From contig NC_058377.1 of assembly GCF_018350175.1 (NCBI RefSeq), forward strand, positions 102,920,001 to 102,984,000: DNA of 64,000 bases, read 5' to 3'. The notes beneath the pieces were generated by a model, which saw nothing but the letters and a program-made list of their open reading frames with translations, was not told the origin of the DNA and searched no databases. Below, in pieces: positions 48,437-62,411 of this stretch. This DNA is from Felis catus (taxonomy: Eukaryota). The position numbers and the translations under genes were made by a program. The first letter of the stretch is position 1. Each line of letters opens with the position of its first letter.

Positions 48437-49469
48437 ATATATGTTCTGTTAATCATTTCGGTAGGTTTAGGTAGAATGGGAAAGGTTTCCTTTAAAATCA
48501 TTACACTCATTACTGCTAACAAATACTATAAACTAAACAGACTTCTTTCACCTCTACAGATCTTAAATGGCTGAATCTCAAAAAGAAGGAATTCTCTCAG
48601 GTCAATTTACCCTTTCATTGTTGCTGCTGATCCCCTCAAGCTTCAATCTATTTGATGAGTCAGCAGAACACCCCAAGGAAGGAAGTGTGGAGAAGATGCT
48701 GGAAGAACCTCTCATAACGTCACTTGGGAAAATAGCCCCTCCAGTTCTCTTCCTTTATTTTCCTTCTGGGGCCCCCAAATAACGACGATAATGATAGGAG
48801 CAATAACAATACAACAATGGTTGATATCACGCTTATAGGGCTTATTGTAAAACCTGCCGGAATTCATTTAATCCTTAAATGATTCTTTCAGCTACGTTTA
48901 TTGTAATCTCCATTTGATTAAAAATAAAATCAAAGCACAGAGGCCTTAAGTGATTCTTTCCTTGTCACACATGTAGAAAGAGGCAAACCCAGGTATCATG
49001 GCTCCTGTGCTGTGCCACAAATCTTCTTCATTGCCGCTCGGTAAACTTCCAGATAACCACTTCTTTAATTATGTAACTAATTAGGGATTATTGACTGTAG
49101 AATGCCACTGATAAATGAACGTGTTACTAAGAAGTTAATTACTACCTAAAATTCTAGGGGCTATCGAGAATATTTAAAAAGACACAAAAATCATCTTCTT
49201 AAAAGCCCCAGACAGGTGAAAAGATAATAAAGTATTATCAGAATATAACTGGAAGGAAAACAGGAATTCACTAAGGCAAATGAGCATGGACGCTACTGTT
49301 ACTTTTCCCAGAAAATAAAGCTTATTTGGAGGACGTGCATTGTGAGGTAGAGGGCATAAACAATATTCTTTCATACAATAATTGTCTAGCCAATACTTTA
49401 TTAAGGGGAAATTGGGCCGTTAACATATTTTCATTTCTCCATAAAATACTATATAATAAACAATCCTTT

Positions 49470-49950
49470 TCTGATTGTTCTCTGTTTGTCCCTAACTCTC
49501 AGGATCCTTTTCTGCCCTGTCTTGCTCTACAAGTCTAGTTTCTGAGAACCGAATCACTCAGTCTACACTGCCCTCTTGCTTCCAGTTGGGTTTGGCCAAT
49601 GGGAGACAGGGCAAGGGTTGGGTTGGGAGGGTGCAAGCAGAGAGAGGCGGGGCTATTTATCTCCCTGCTCTCTCCTTGCCTGGCTGGAGTCCTGTCAGTT
49701 GTTGCTTTTCCCCCCCTAAAGCCCTGAAGGTACAGTTTCTACCAAGTGTTTTCTCTCAATGAATCTAGCTCTTACTGGTCTCTGATAATACTGTACCACC
49801 TTATGTCTGTGAGGTCCAGGGGTGATCGTGGCTTCTTTCTATTGCTAGACTGGTGTGTGTTGCCACTCTTATTGGTTCCTTTACTTCGATATGTAATCTT
49901 TTTATTATTATTATTTTTTCAGTTAAAATCTATTGAATGAACCCTCTCTT
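49470..49950 (+). mobile_element. Ancient ERVL LTR (LTR33-like)
   Basis: gccctcttgcttccagttgggtttggccaatggga and ggggctatttatctccctg match recalled LTR33 core motifs. Confidence 0.65.
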
Positions 49951-50206
49951 TCCAGCCAATAACTGAGAGGCAGTATCATACTTGTCACTTTCTGTTGTTA
50001 TGCACATTTGTTAATTTCCTTTCTGGAAGAGAATTAGTGAGTAAAAAAGTAGACAAATTTTAGAGGTCTCTGGCATACATAGCTAAATAATATCCAGATA
50101 ATTTATATCATTTTTTAAAGATGACTTATTAACTAGGAGAAATTCCAGTTGCATGGAGATTGGCATAAGCTGGAACCAAATCCTTGCCTGAAGGTTATAC
50201 CCTCCC

Positions 50207-51151
50207 CTAGTTGTTCTGGGAGAGGCAATTCCTGGCAAGAACTCTCCCCAGGGTCCCCTTCATTTCACGGTTCCTCAGGGTGTAGATAAGTGGGTTGAGC
50301 AGTGGGGTTCCCAATGTGTACACCAGTGAAATGAACTGATCTTGCTTGGGGTAGTAGCTGGAGTTGGGGCGCAGGTACATGAAGGCACAACAGCCATACT
50401 GCAGCAGGACCACGGAGAGGTGGGAGGAGCAGGTGGAGAAGGCCCGGTGGCGGCCAGCTGCCGAGTGGATCTTGAGCACAGCAGCCACAATGAAGGCGTA
50501 GGAGGTGGCGATGAAGAAGAAAGGCATGGCAATGGCCAATGTGGCCGCCACCAGCACTGCCTGCTCATGGATGTGGCTGTTGGTGCAAACAAGACGCATC
50601 ACCGGTGGCACATCGCAAAAGAAGTGCTCGATAGTCCGCGCCCGGCAGAATGGCAGCGAGAAGATGAAGGCCACCAGTTGTATGGACAGGAACAAGCCAA
50701 TGACCACAGAGGCCACGACCAAGTGGACACAGAGAGTTAAAGTCACAGTGAGCGGGTACTGCAAGGGGGAGCAAATAGCAACATACCGGTCATAGGCCAT
50801 GGCAGCCAAGAGGAAGCAGTCAGCACTACCAAGCCCAATGAAGAAGATCATCTGAGTGGCACAGCCCAGGAGGGTGATGGTCTTCTCTGACTGGAGGATG
50901 TTGGTCAGGATGTGGGGCACCACCACAGCAGTGTAGCATAGTTCTATTCCCGAGAGGCTGCCCAGGAAGTAGTACATGGCTGTGTGCAGGCGTGCTTCTG
51001 TATGGATGGCCACCACAATGAAGACATTCCCACCAATGATCAAGATATAAACCAGGCTGACTCCAAGGAAAAATAAGACCTGGAGCTCTGGGGGAGACGG
51101 ATAGGCCAAGAACACAAATTCCATCAACATTGAGTGATTTCCCCAGGTCAT
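50207..51151 (-). CDS. OR10W1: Olfactory receptor 10W1, intact, 314 aa
   Basis: Matches recalled OR10W1 ([52 protein letters not shown]). N-glycosylation site NHS near the N-terminus. Confidence 0.93.
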   Translation of the reverse strand: MTWGNHSMLMEFVFLAYPSPPELQVLFFLGVSLVYILIIGGNVFIVVAIHTEARLHTAMYYFLGSLSGIELCYTAVVVPHILTNILQSEKTITLLGCATQMIFFIGLGSADCFLLAAMAYDRYVAICSPLQYPLTVTLTLCVHLVVASVVIGLFLSIQLVAFIFSLPFCRARTIEHFFCDVPPVMRLVCTNSHIHEQAVLVAATLAIAMPFFFIATSYAFIVAAVLKIHSAAGRHRAFSTCSSHLSVVLLQYGCCAFMYLRPNSSYYPKQDQFISLVYTLGTPLLNPLIYTLRNREMKGTLGRVLARNCLSQNN

Positions 51152-51811
51152 TGAGCTAAGAGAGAGGATCTCTGCCGAGAGTTACAAAGCAGGAGGGAAA
51201 ATGAGACCAGTGATATATTTAGTTCACACTCTGAGCCATGTTCTAATCTGATCAGGTCTGGAGTTAGAAACTTTGAATTGAGACTAATTCTCTCTTTCCC
51301 TCTTCTTTTACCAAGTCTTTTCACATAAATATCTACAGCTCTATAACTTAATTTCTAAGTGCCAAGAGTTGGCCTGAATTGTATAAGATTTTTTTTTTTT
51401 TAAGAAAAAGAGGCAGAAGAAGTTTGTGGCATTCTCAACAATTTTTAGGAGAAGGGGAATGCAAATTAATTCTTTCAGTAAATTCATAAGAAAGTGTCAA
51501 GGAATTCTTGAAAGCAGGGGTCAGTCATTAAGATGAGGGCGGGAAGCTATTTATTCATTCACTCATTCATTCACATATCTATTTACACCCAGTGCCTCCT
51601 GAGGGATTGACTCAGGAATATATGGATGTAACACTGAAAATCCAATCATAAGATGGAAATTGATGAAAGTAAACAATGCTCATGGAGAGCTCACACAGGT
51701 CTGAGATGGACAGGGTCAGGGATGAGCCTTCCGCTCCTGGTTTCTCAATTCATACCCAATCAAGAGAAGTGCAGGACTTGAAGAAAACAGGGAAATTTAT
51801 CATAGAGCTCC

Positions 51812-51939
51812 TCCCAAGCAGGCTCCGTGCCATCAGCACAAAGCCCAATATGGGGCTCCATTCCACGAACCGTGAGATCTTGACCTGAGTCAAAATCAAG
51901 AGTCGGACACTCAACAGACTAAGCCACCCAGGTGCTCCT
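51812..51939 (-). mobile_element. CAN-SINE 5' half only
   Basis: Head present. No (CT)n or tail. Confidence 0.85.
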
Positions 51940-53329
51940 CAACCTTCCCATTTTCAACATTAATTATTTATGATGAACTTTGAAGAAAAATCTTAAGCCA
52001 GAAGCACCACACTAGTACAAATTGTCCACATACACCCAGCTCCGTGTCACAAGCATAGGGAGAAATGTGACTAGACTGTCACAGATATTCAGAGCACCTG
52101 GGGCACAAATGACTCTGTTGTTTCTCCAACAGCTGATGAGTAGTGTCCAGTTCCTATCAATTCTCTTTTCTTCTTCTGAACTTTGGTCATGCTCTGAATG
52201 ATTTCTAATATTACCTGTCCTATTCAATATTTTATTAAAATATGAGGAGTAGGGGCAGTGCATCCGTGTGAAATCAGTTTTGAATTAAATGATGTGGTTT
52301 GAAAAATCTCACGTCCTGGCTCTGTGATGCTGGGCGATATATAATTTCTCTGAGTCTTAGTTTCTTTACTTGACAAATGGGGATAATAATTATACTTAGT
52401 TCTGAGGGTTTTTGTTTGGATTAAAAGAGTTCATTATGTAAAGTATCTACCACAATGCATAGTTCATCACAAGAGCAGCTCGATAACAGATAACCATCAT
52501 TATTATCCATAAGTTCAAGGGCAGACATCTGTCCTTATTTACATTTTCATCTCCCATATCACCAAGCCTAATGTACAAATTATAGGCACTTGATAAATAC
52601 ATGTTGTATGGATAAATATACTATGAAAAGTATGTCATTTATACTTTTTTTTTTCACTTTCTCTTTCACTTTTAAGGTGATTTCATGATCAAATCATCCG
52701 TTTAAGAGCCCGCATGGAAAACAACTTGGTAACCAACATTAGGGCTGCACTGTGGAAAATACCCTGTCACTATGGAACATAACAAGTAGAAGGCTATAAC
52801 AAACACATCTAGGGCTAGTTTCCCACTTATATTTGATAGAGGGCTTTGGAACCTGTGTGATAATGATGACTTTAGAGAATTTTATGATAGCCACACTTCT
52901 GTCATTTTAATAGTGCTCTCCAAGATCTATAATAAAATATTTATAAAAGAGTTATCTATAGGTCATTAATTCTTAGTGCTGGAGAGGACTTCAGAAATTA
53001 CCTAGTTCAGTCCTCTGTCAGATGCTTGAATTTTCCATATAATACCTGAACATCGGGTCCACTTCAAAGCCTGGGGAATGCCATTACTTCCTAACTTGGT
53101 TGCTTTGTTGTTGGATAGCATAATTCCCTAAAATTCTTTTCTTGTAATGGCTGAAACCTGCTTCAGTAACCTCTACATTCCATTCTGTTCTATGGCATGG
53201 GGCCATTGTTTCATGAAACACTTCTGGAACTAAGAGCTTTTATCATGCAGCCCTAAATTTTCTCCCATTTTCCTTTTGGTATTCCTTGAACGACATAGTT
53301 TTGTTACGTCTCAGTTTCAGCTCTGGAAA

Positions 53330-53405
53330 TGCTTTCATTTTTGTTGTTGTTGCGTTCTGTTTTGTGTTTGAGAGAGAGAAAGCATGAGCGGAGGAGGGGC
53401 AGAGG

Positions 53406-53457
<52 letters not shown>

Positions 53458-53580
53458 CTTAAGCAGTCTTCACACTCAGCCTGGAGCCTGACACAGGGCT
53501 CAATCCCGTGACCCTGGGATCATGACCTGAGCCAAAATCAAGAGTCAGATGCTCAACCGATGGAGCCATCCAGGCTCCCT
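53330..53580 (-). mobile_element. CAN-SINE with long (GA)n
   Basis: Full structure. Confidence 0.93.
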
Positions 53581-53849
53581 GGAAATGTTCTAATTTTAAA
53601 TAACTTACTTAGAAGTATACTGCATGGGACAGATCACAGGGATGGTCAAGTATAAAGAGATCTGGGTATCAGTATCTGTCCATTGGCAGTCTATTGCTTC
53701 AGACTAACCAAAATTAGATTCATCCAGTTGTTTGTGTTTCATTGTTTTGATAGTCTCCTCAGACATGGACTGAGGTAGCTCCCTGGATGCTAAAACCCTA
53801 AACATTATTTTTTCATTTTCAGAGAAGCAAAACATGCTCATCATGTTTA

Positions 53850-54010
53850 TACTTATATTTATATTAAATATATTATGTATTTAATAGATATTAATTAATT
53901 TAATCAATTAATTATATTATATAACTATAATTATGTTATATAATATAATTAATATAATATATAATATAATAATATAATATAAATATATTAAATATATTTT
54001 ATATGTATGC
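53850..54010. repeat. AT-rich low-complexity tract including (ATATA)n
   Basis: Direct reading. Confidence 0.9.
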
Positions 54011-55156
54011 CATAAAAATTTATGTACATCAAAGTCTGATTCAATGCTATAAAGAAGTGTGTCATAAGATTAAACAACATACGTCTCTGACATAGTTTGT
54101 GATTAGGGGATTCGGAAAGGCTTCCTAGAGGAGTAATATTCAAGCTTAAATCTGAAAAATAGAATTAATCAGGAGAAGAACGACAGGCAGAGTAATGGGG
54201 TCCATATTCCGGGCAGATGAAAAAGTAGATTGAATGTTCAAAGAGAGTGAAACTTATTGTAACCGCATGTCATCAACTTGTTTTTCCAAGTTGTTACTAA
54301 ACATGTGGCATGGGACAGAGGCAAGAGTAGAGAGAGCACTCCAGCATCGTGCCCAGAAATCTGCCCAGGCTGGCATCTGTTCGTGAAGCCACACCTATCT
54401 CGGTGGCTGCAAGTCACAGCCCACGCCATATCTACATCTCCCCTCTTACCTCTCCAGCCAGGCCAGCCCCATGTGGCAAGAGTGTCTGAGAAACCTTGCC
54501 CGTGTGCATTCTGGAAATACAAGATGTCCAGACGGCAGTGGCTCTCAAATTGTGGAGTTAGCATTGTGCAAAACAAGGGGGTTAGCAGATTTGGTGATAC
54601 CACACCCCAGGCAGAATCTCAAGCTATTATTAATAGCGATGTCACTGGGGCAGATCAACTCACATTAATGTCTGTCTCCTCATGTTCCGAAAACATAAAT
54701 AATAATACTCACCTAATGGAGTTGTGATGGAATTAAATGGGATAAAGTATTTAGAACCCTTGGTTTGATGTGTGAAACCTATTAAGTTGCATAATAAATG
54801 TTAATTCTTCTCTCCTTTCTTCGGATCTGTTAAAAGGATATTAATAATACCTGCTTCATAGCAGAGGATTAAATGAGGTACCTTACAAGAAAAGGACTTT
54901 TATTAATTCCTTAAACCTTCTCCAAACTTACATTAGCCATCCCTTCAGTATTTTTTAGGCTAAGATGAGTTATTACCATTTTAATCAGAAGAATAGGCCT
55001 TCCAAGTGAATTTAGAGGAACACGATAAGCCGTGGGCTGAATGAGCTCTAAAATCTTGGAGTCTCTACTTGCAGAGCCATTACTTGCTTTTCTAGCCTGG
55101 TGTCATTGGGTACCTGGTATGTTGTAAATCTAGAAGGAGACAGAAAAAGACTCCTT

Positions 55157-55330
55157 CTTACCTTTATCATGAGAAGGAGGAGGGGTGTACCGAGCCGGTC
55201 TCCTCAGGTCTAGTCGTAAGAGACGGAAGAGAGCAGGTGAGGGCTGTTTGGTGGAGACAGAGAGGACCATGAGGCCAGAAAGTTGGCCCCGTGGGATGGA
55301 AGCTTTAGTAACCTTCCCAAGGAAATTCGC
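55157..55330 (-). promoter_or_regulatory. Candidate non-coding 5' exon and promoter of OR10W1
   Basis: Minus-strand donor aag|GTAAGA at 55162/55161, with O/E-like sites ccccgtggga (~55287) and ttcccaaggaa (~55314) just upstream. Confidence 0.3.
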
Positions 55331-55700
55331 GGAAGGAATAAATTGCTCTGCTCTCTAGGGCCTTAGTCCATAAATTCTGTCTCTCCCAGCAGGTGGTTTC
55401 ATGACTGTTGATCTCTCCTGTGACCAGATAATGAGCCGAAGCCAAAACTGTCCCTGCACTTGGGAGCTCCCATCAATGGAAGATCTGCTGTGAGCTTGTC
55501 AAAGTGAAGACCAGTATTAAACCCTTTATCAACACTCTCAGCGTCCCATATAATTTCCTGAGAAATAAGACAGTCCCTAATCAAGGTCATTTGTGCTTCC
55601 TGTTTCAAGTAGTTGACTGCCACCAGATTGTCATAGCTGGGTCAGCCCAAGTCCCAAGTTATTATTGCCGTGGGGAACTGAGACCATATTTTGTATTTTA

Positions 55701-56474
55701 GGGGTGTCTGGGTGGCTCAGTCGGTTAAGCATCTGACTTCAGCTCAGGTCATGACCTCATGGTTCAAGGGTTCGAGCCCCACATGGGGCTCTGTGCTGAC
55801 AGCTCAGCTCCTGGAGCCTGCTTCAGATTCTATGTCTCCCTCTCTCTTTCCATCCCCCCTCACACTCTGTCTCTCTGTCTCTCTCAAAAATGAATAAACG
55901 TTAAAAAAATTATATTTTCTATGAAAAAGGGGGACCTGGTAACCTTGGTTATATATAAAGGAATGAATTGAGGGGAAATGCTAGACAGACATTTAACTTT
56001 CCTCTGTCGCTTATTAATTCTATATTTTTTTAACGTTTGTTTATTTTTGTGAGAAAGACAGAGCATGAACAAGGGAGGGACAGAGAGAGAGGGAGACACA
56101 GAGTCTGAGGTAGGCTCCAGGCTCTGAGCTGTCAGCACAGAGCTTGATGCGGGGCTCAAACTCACGGACAGCGAGATCATGACCTGAGCCGAAGTCGGAC
56201 ACTTAACTGACTGAGCCACCTAGGCACCCCTCCTCTGTCACTTCTTTTTTTTTTTTTTTTTAATTTTTCTTTAACATTTATTTATTTTTGAGACAGAGAG
56301 AGACAGAGCATGAACGGGGGAGGGGCAGAGAGAGAGGGAGACACAGAATCGGAAACAGGCTCCAGGCTCCGAGCCATCAGCCCAGAGCCTGACGCGGGGC
56401 TCGAACTCCCGGACCGCGAGATCGTGACCTGGCTGAAGTCGGACGCTTAACCGACTGAGCCACCCAGGCGCCCC
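55701..56474. mobile_element. Cluster of three CAN-SINEs (55701-55910 +, 56020-56231 -, 56244-56474 -)
   Basis: Three heads and tails. TSD tcctctgtc(g/a)ctt around the middle one. Confidence 0.93.
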
Positions 56475-57175
56475 CAGAAGCCTCTTCTTTAAGGAGGTGA
56501 TGTTTGACCTGAAACATGAATGATGAGAAGAAGCAATCCATGAAATATGGGATTAAAAAAAAAAAATTCAAACACAGGGAAATACAGTTGAAGGTAGTAA
56601 AGAACTCAAAGCTGGAAGAAAAAAAAAACCGCAACATGCCTAAAATAAAAAAATATTGAAATGTAAGCATATCCAGGCATATGGATATTGGAAATCTTAT
56701 CATTCAGAGACCTTCACTGAGAAAACGAGACGTGGGGAAGTGGCCTGATTTGTATAGTGTCCAAAAAGTCAGTGGCAAAAACGGGACTAACTTGGTTCTT
56801 CTGATTTCATCTAAGAATGTCCGCTGACTATTGAGCATTAAAACCAGGTGGCTCTTCAGGATCCCAAGGGAAGTGAGTAGAGAATAAGCATCTAGTTTTA
56901 AAAGATCAGCACACTGCTTTCAATAACTCCTTAGGCCAAGGATTTAATCTTTTTCTAAAGATGAAAACTAATCAGAGTGAGAATTTTTTGAGATTGAATA
57001 TATTTCTAAGAACTAAATGATTGCACATTTTGAAGTAATACTTTGTATGATGAGTTTCTAGTGAATAAAATGTCGTTAAAAGGATTTCCTCACATTTTTC
57101 TAATACAGAAATGTAAATAATACCACTGAGATGACAAGTTGCATCAGAGCCTTTCTTTGTCATTTCCTAGGCTGT

Positions 57176-60100
57176 TGTGGTCATTTTAATGTATTATCTT
57201 GGCTAGGCCAGAGTCCCTAAATATTTGGTCAAACACCAGTCTAGATGTTACTTGTGAAGATATTTTTAGGTGAGATTAACAATTTAATGAGTAGGATTTG
57301 AGTAAAGCAGACTATTATCTGTTATGTGGGTGGGTCACATCTAATCAGTTGAAAGCCTTAAGAGGAAAGAGGACTGAGGTGCCCTGAATAAGAGGGATTC
57401 TTCCTCTAGACTGCCTTCACATTCAAGCTGAGACATCAACTCTTCCCTTGGTCTTCAGCCTGCTGGCCTACCCTGCAGAGTTTGAACTCACTAGACCCAC
57501 AACTGCATGAGCCAATTCCATAAAACAAGCTTTTCCTCCCTCCCCCCCCCCCCATGCAACCTATTGGTTCTGCTTCCTGGAGAACCCTGATTAATACAGT
57601 TTTTTATCCCAAGAGTGGTTCTAGAGGAACAGAATATTAAGGATGAGTTTTCAGAATTGGTTCTGGGGTTTGTGGAATTGTCTCACTAATCTGATAAGAG
57701 TTAAAGGCACTGAAGACTCCACTTCAAGTGGTAAAGGGAACACTGAGTCTACAGTGTGATGCAGCAACAAAGATACGCAAAATATCACCACTGGCTACAG
57801 CTAAGTCAGTACTTATGGAAGCCAGGTTTTGGGTGACCATGCACATGATACCTTCAGATATTTTCGTCCAAGTGATGACTATAATGAGATTGGCTGTTTG
57901 CTTCTAAATGCACTAGAGTAAGTGGGAAAGAAAAGGTTGAGTCCGGTGATTCAAAGTCTCAGCTCTACTATTTCATAAATGACCTGAAAACTTCCATGCC
58001 TGCCTGAAAGAGACCAGTGTATTCTGTAGTTGTGAGCTGAGGTTGCTGAAAAACACACCCAGAATCTCATTCTGTGAGTGGCTGATTTACAATGTAAATT
58101 GGATTCTTAGCCTCTCAGGGTTTCCTCCTGACGTTTGAAGACATTAGCTGGGAAGGAATGGGACCCTAAAAATTGGAATGAGGATATACAGGATAATTCC
58201 TGATGATTCTGGGGGCATAGAACCCCTAAATTCTGATGAGTCTTCTTTGGCAGTAGAACAAGGCATACCACTCCCACTGAGGAGATTAATCCTGCCTTAC
58301 CTATAATGGCCTCCGCTGAGGGATTTGCCTTATGAGACACTGCTGGTTCTCCATAGGATCCACTCCCATCACCCCTCTTTGCTTCTTGACCTATAACTAG
58401 GCCCAAGTCCCAGCAGGCCCTGAAAGATGGGGTACAAAGTCTATCATTAAAAAAAATTTTTTTTACACTTATTTATTTTTGATAGACAGAGAGAGACAGA
58501 GCACAAGTGGGGGAGGGGCAGAGAGAGAAGGAGACACAGAACTGAAGCAGGCTCCGGGCTCCGAGCTATCAGCACAGAGCCCGACGCAGGGCTTGATCTC
58601 ACAAACCACAAGATCATGACATGAGCTGAAGTCGGACGCTTAACTGACTGAGCCACCCAGGCGCCCCTACAAAGTCTATCATATGAAGAGGTGCATTACA
58701 TTGTAAAAGAAATACATGATTTTTTCTAATTTATAACAAACAAAAATCTAGGGAATGTGCGTAGAAATGGATATTAAATGTATGGGTTAATGATGGGAGG
58801 AACACAAAGTTGGATCAGGCTGAATTTATCGACATGGGTCCGCAAAGCATAGATTCTCAATTAACTTTGCAGCTTGGGGTGTTAGGGCTCTTAACAATTT
58901 GATTGTTTGGTTGAAACATGGGCCAGTAGGGGGGCTACACCAAAATAAGTTGAAATACGAGTCCTGCTTTGGTCTACTGTAGAGAAAACAATTGAAAAGC
59001 TTCAGGAGATTAGAAGTTAGAGTGGATTTGTCACTTAAGACCCGCTTACCTATCCCAGGAAAGTCCAGAAGACACAACTTTCCCCATGACTGTGGGAAAC
59101 AAATTTATAAGGGGAGCCCCCAACATTTTTGAAGGCTGTGTGATTGCTTTTCTCTCTGTCAGAAATTTCAGTGAGATCTGCTGCCTCTAAATTGGGAAGC
59201 CTAAATGCAATGGAAATACTTGGACCCCAGGGTGGCCAAGGCCAAGTGATGGTACTTACTTGTCAAAGGTAGGGTGGGTGTGGTTATTACACTGCACAGA
59301 GTCGAAGCAGTAATCAGAATAGTCTACTTCACAGAGACTTACGGCCTTGGCTAGTTGGTCACAGTGCTCCCAGAAGTGAAAGGATGAGAAGTCTACTACG
59401 TTATTACTTGATATGTATGAGTGGAAGAGTTCCGGATCAAGTGAACAAAAGTGTAACTTGAATCATAAAACAGAGAGTCAATTCCCAGACTTGAGCTAGT
59501 TCGCAGACCTAGAACCCCTTGAATGAAGGGGGAGGCTGTGCCCTCATGGGGAAGGACCCTACTATGCTTCCAAAAATGTATGTATGCTGTTAATCTTTTG
59601 CTCAGTCTTCCCCAAAGGGACCTAAACACTTTCAGCAACATGACTACCTTGGGGGAAAGGAAATAATCAGAATTTTCAGGTCTACTATACAATGGCCATG
59701 AACTGACACTAATTCCAGGAGACCCAGAAATCACTGTAGTCCCTAGTCAGAGTAGGTGCTTATGGAGACCAGGGGATCAAAGAACTTTTTTGCTCAGGTT
59801 CATCTCACAGTGGGTCCAGTGGGTCCCTAAACCCATCCTGTATTTTCTCCCCCAGTTTGGGATGCTTACTTTCAGGAAGATTTGGCTTCTCTGCATACAA
59901 TGCTTCTGCCGAAACTACATACTTACAGAATGCTTTATTTACAGTCACGGCATTTCATGCGGCATAGTTTTTTGCTCAAGGAACTCACTTTCTAGTAAAT
60001 GAAGTGATAATGGGCCCATGTTCATGGAACTCATTGGTCTTACCATGTTTCCCACCATCCTGAAGCATCTGGCTCGGTAGAGTAGTGAATGACCTTTTGA

Positions 60101-61552
60101 AGATAATTACAGCACCAGCTGGCTGACAGTACCTTTCAGGGCTGAGGCAAGTTTCTCCAGGAGGCTTTATGTGCTCTAAATCAGCATATAGTATTATTTC
60201 TCCCGTAGCCAGGACTCATACTTCCCATAGCCAGAAATATAGCATTATTTCTCCCATAGCCAGGACTTGCAAATCAGTGGGTGGAAATGGGAATGGATTC
60301 TGGTCATCCATCAGCAAAATTATTCTTTTCTGCCCCCATGACATTATGCTTTGCTGGTCAAGAGGTCTCTGTACCAGCAAACTGGACTGGTACAAACTTG
60401 AACTGGAAGTTAAGACTGTCACCTGGCCACTTTGGGCTCCTCATGACCCTGAATCAACAGGAAAACAAGGTATTACTGTACTGACTGGGGTAACATCCTG
60501 ATTACGAAGGGGAAATTGGACTGTTGCTTCATAATAGAGGTACTGAAGAGTGTCTTTCAAGGGAATCCCTTAGGGTATGTCTTAGTACTACCATGCCCTG
60601 TGGTTAAAATGGATGGGCCACTACAACAATTCAATTCAAGGAAGACTGTAAAAGTCCCAGACCTTTTGGGAAGGAAAGTTTGAGTCACTCCATTACATAA
60701 AGAACCACGGCAAGCTGGGATACTTTCTAAGGAGAAAGGGAATATGGAATGGGTATTGAAAGAAGGGATTTATAAACATCAGTTTTGAGCACATAACCAT
60801 TTGCAGAAATGAAGACTGCAATTGTTAGGTGTGTTTCTTCTTTATTTTTTTTAAGGAATATGTTTGTGAGTATGTATGTGTGTATTTTCTTCCCTTTCTT
60901 ATCCCATTAAAATATAACATAAAATGTATTAACTTTACATCATAGTATTTAAGTTACAGAGTATAAAGGACAAGGGTGAACATCACCCAAAGACTTTGCA
61001 TTCTCTTGGGGAGGAAAAGTACATTTTTGGTTATAGACACGATAATTGTTATCAGGTTGGGTAGAAATATGGCTGTTATTGTCTTTATTTGGAGGTCAAG
61101 TATGGTCTAAGGAGATGAGTATGAACGTCAAGTGGACAGGGGGTGGATAGTGATGATTACTTTTATGAGTCAATTGGCTAGGCTATGGTACTCGGTTGTT
61201 TAGTCAAATGCCAGTCAAGATGCTGCCATGAAGGTGTTTTTCAGATGTGCTGAACATGTAAATAAGTAGACTTTGTGCAGAGCAGCTTACCCTCCATAAT
61301 GTGGATGGACCTCATCTAATCTCTTAAAGGTCTTGAGAGAAAAGGCTGAGGCAGCCAGAAAAGGAAGGAATTCTTTTTCCATTGCCTTCAAACTCAAGAT
61401 GGCAACTGATGCCTGCTGGAACTTTCAGCCTGTTGGCCTCGGCCGAACATTTTGGATTTGCCCAACTTCACAACTGTGTGAGCCAATTGCTTGCAAACAC
61501 CTCTTTCTCTATCCTGTTTGTTCTGTTTCTCTGGAGAATGTTGACCAATACA
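57176..61552 (+). mobile_element. ERVL provirus with both MLT2-type LTRs (57176-57598 and ~61149-61552), internally deleted
   Basis: 5' LTR is followed by a PBS-like gagtggttctagagga, gag-like DMGP, protease-like HELTLIPGDP, integrase remnants, dUTPase LRLSPGHFGLLM, a polypurine tract and the 3' LTR ending aataCA. No RT motifs are visible. Confidence 0.85.
58446..58667 (-). mobile_element. CAN-SINE inside the ERVL
   Basis: TSD tacaaagtctatcat. Confidence 0.95.
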
Positions 61553-61824
61553 GAGGATGACCGCTGGAGAGTTTGACCATGATACTTGATGACCCACTCT
61601 TGCTTTCCCAGAACTTAGGGGGTCTTATGTTGGCCTAAGTTATTCTCAACACATGTTAACTCTCAGAGCAAACTGATTCTGCACCACCTTTCCTGACTTA
61701 CTTGTACAATCCTGGATTGAATGTGGGAGCATAGGTTAGACCCAACCACAGGACCTTGTAATGTACAAAAGAGGCTTAATGAAGGAAATAGGTGCATTAA
61801 CCAGGTTATTACTTGTCATACTTT

Positions 61825-62036
61825 AAAGGTTTTTTTTAAGCTTATTTATTTATTTGAGAGAAATAGAGAGTGTGAGCAGAGGAGGGGCAGAGAGAGACAG
61901 GGAGAGAGAGAATCCCAAGAAGGCTCCACTCTGTCAGTTCACAGCCCAATGCGAGGCTCAAACCCATGAACCGTGAGATCATGACCTGAGCCGAAATCAA
62001 GAGCAGGTCACTTCACCGACTGAGCCACCCAGGCAA
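61825..62036 (-). mobile_element. CAN-SINE
   Basis: TSD tgtcatact(t/c)taaa. Confidence 0.95.
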
Positions 62037-62411
62037 CTCTGTCATACTCTAAACACAAAACAAGAATAAGGCATTTTAGGTGAGATATCCTTATGAACAT
62101 TTTCCAAGCAATCAGCTAATACCATTGTTTCTCAAGAGGAAGCTTCAAAGATAATAACATTGCTTCAGAATAAATGTAGACTTTTAATCCGTGGCTAAGT
62201 GAATAATAGCCTACAGAAATCTTGTCAATTTTCAGTTTTAAAGGTTCAGAGAACTTTAAAAACATCAAAGTGAACTGTAGCAAACAAGCATGTTAGGGAC
62301 AGAAGAAATGAAAATCCAAACTTTGGAGAAATAAATGTAAATCTGGCATTTGTGGTAAGGGTTTCACTGTTGTCCTATGCTCAGGGACCTGTTTCAAGTC
62401 CCCCTGAAACT

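Noticed and set aside
56232-56495. Missing long TSD around the SINE at 56244-56474
   Set aside because: A short TSD (cttcttt) with a few extra bases explains it. Too ambiguous to call a deletion.
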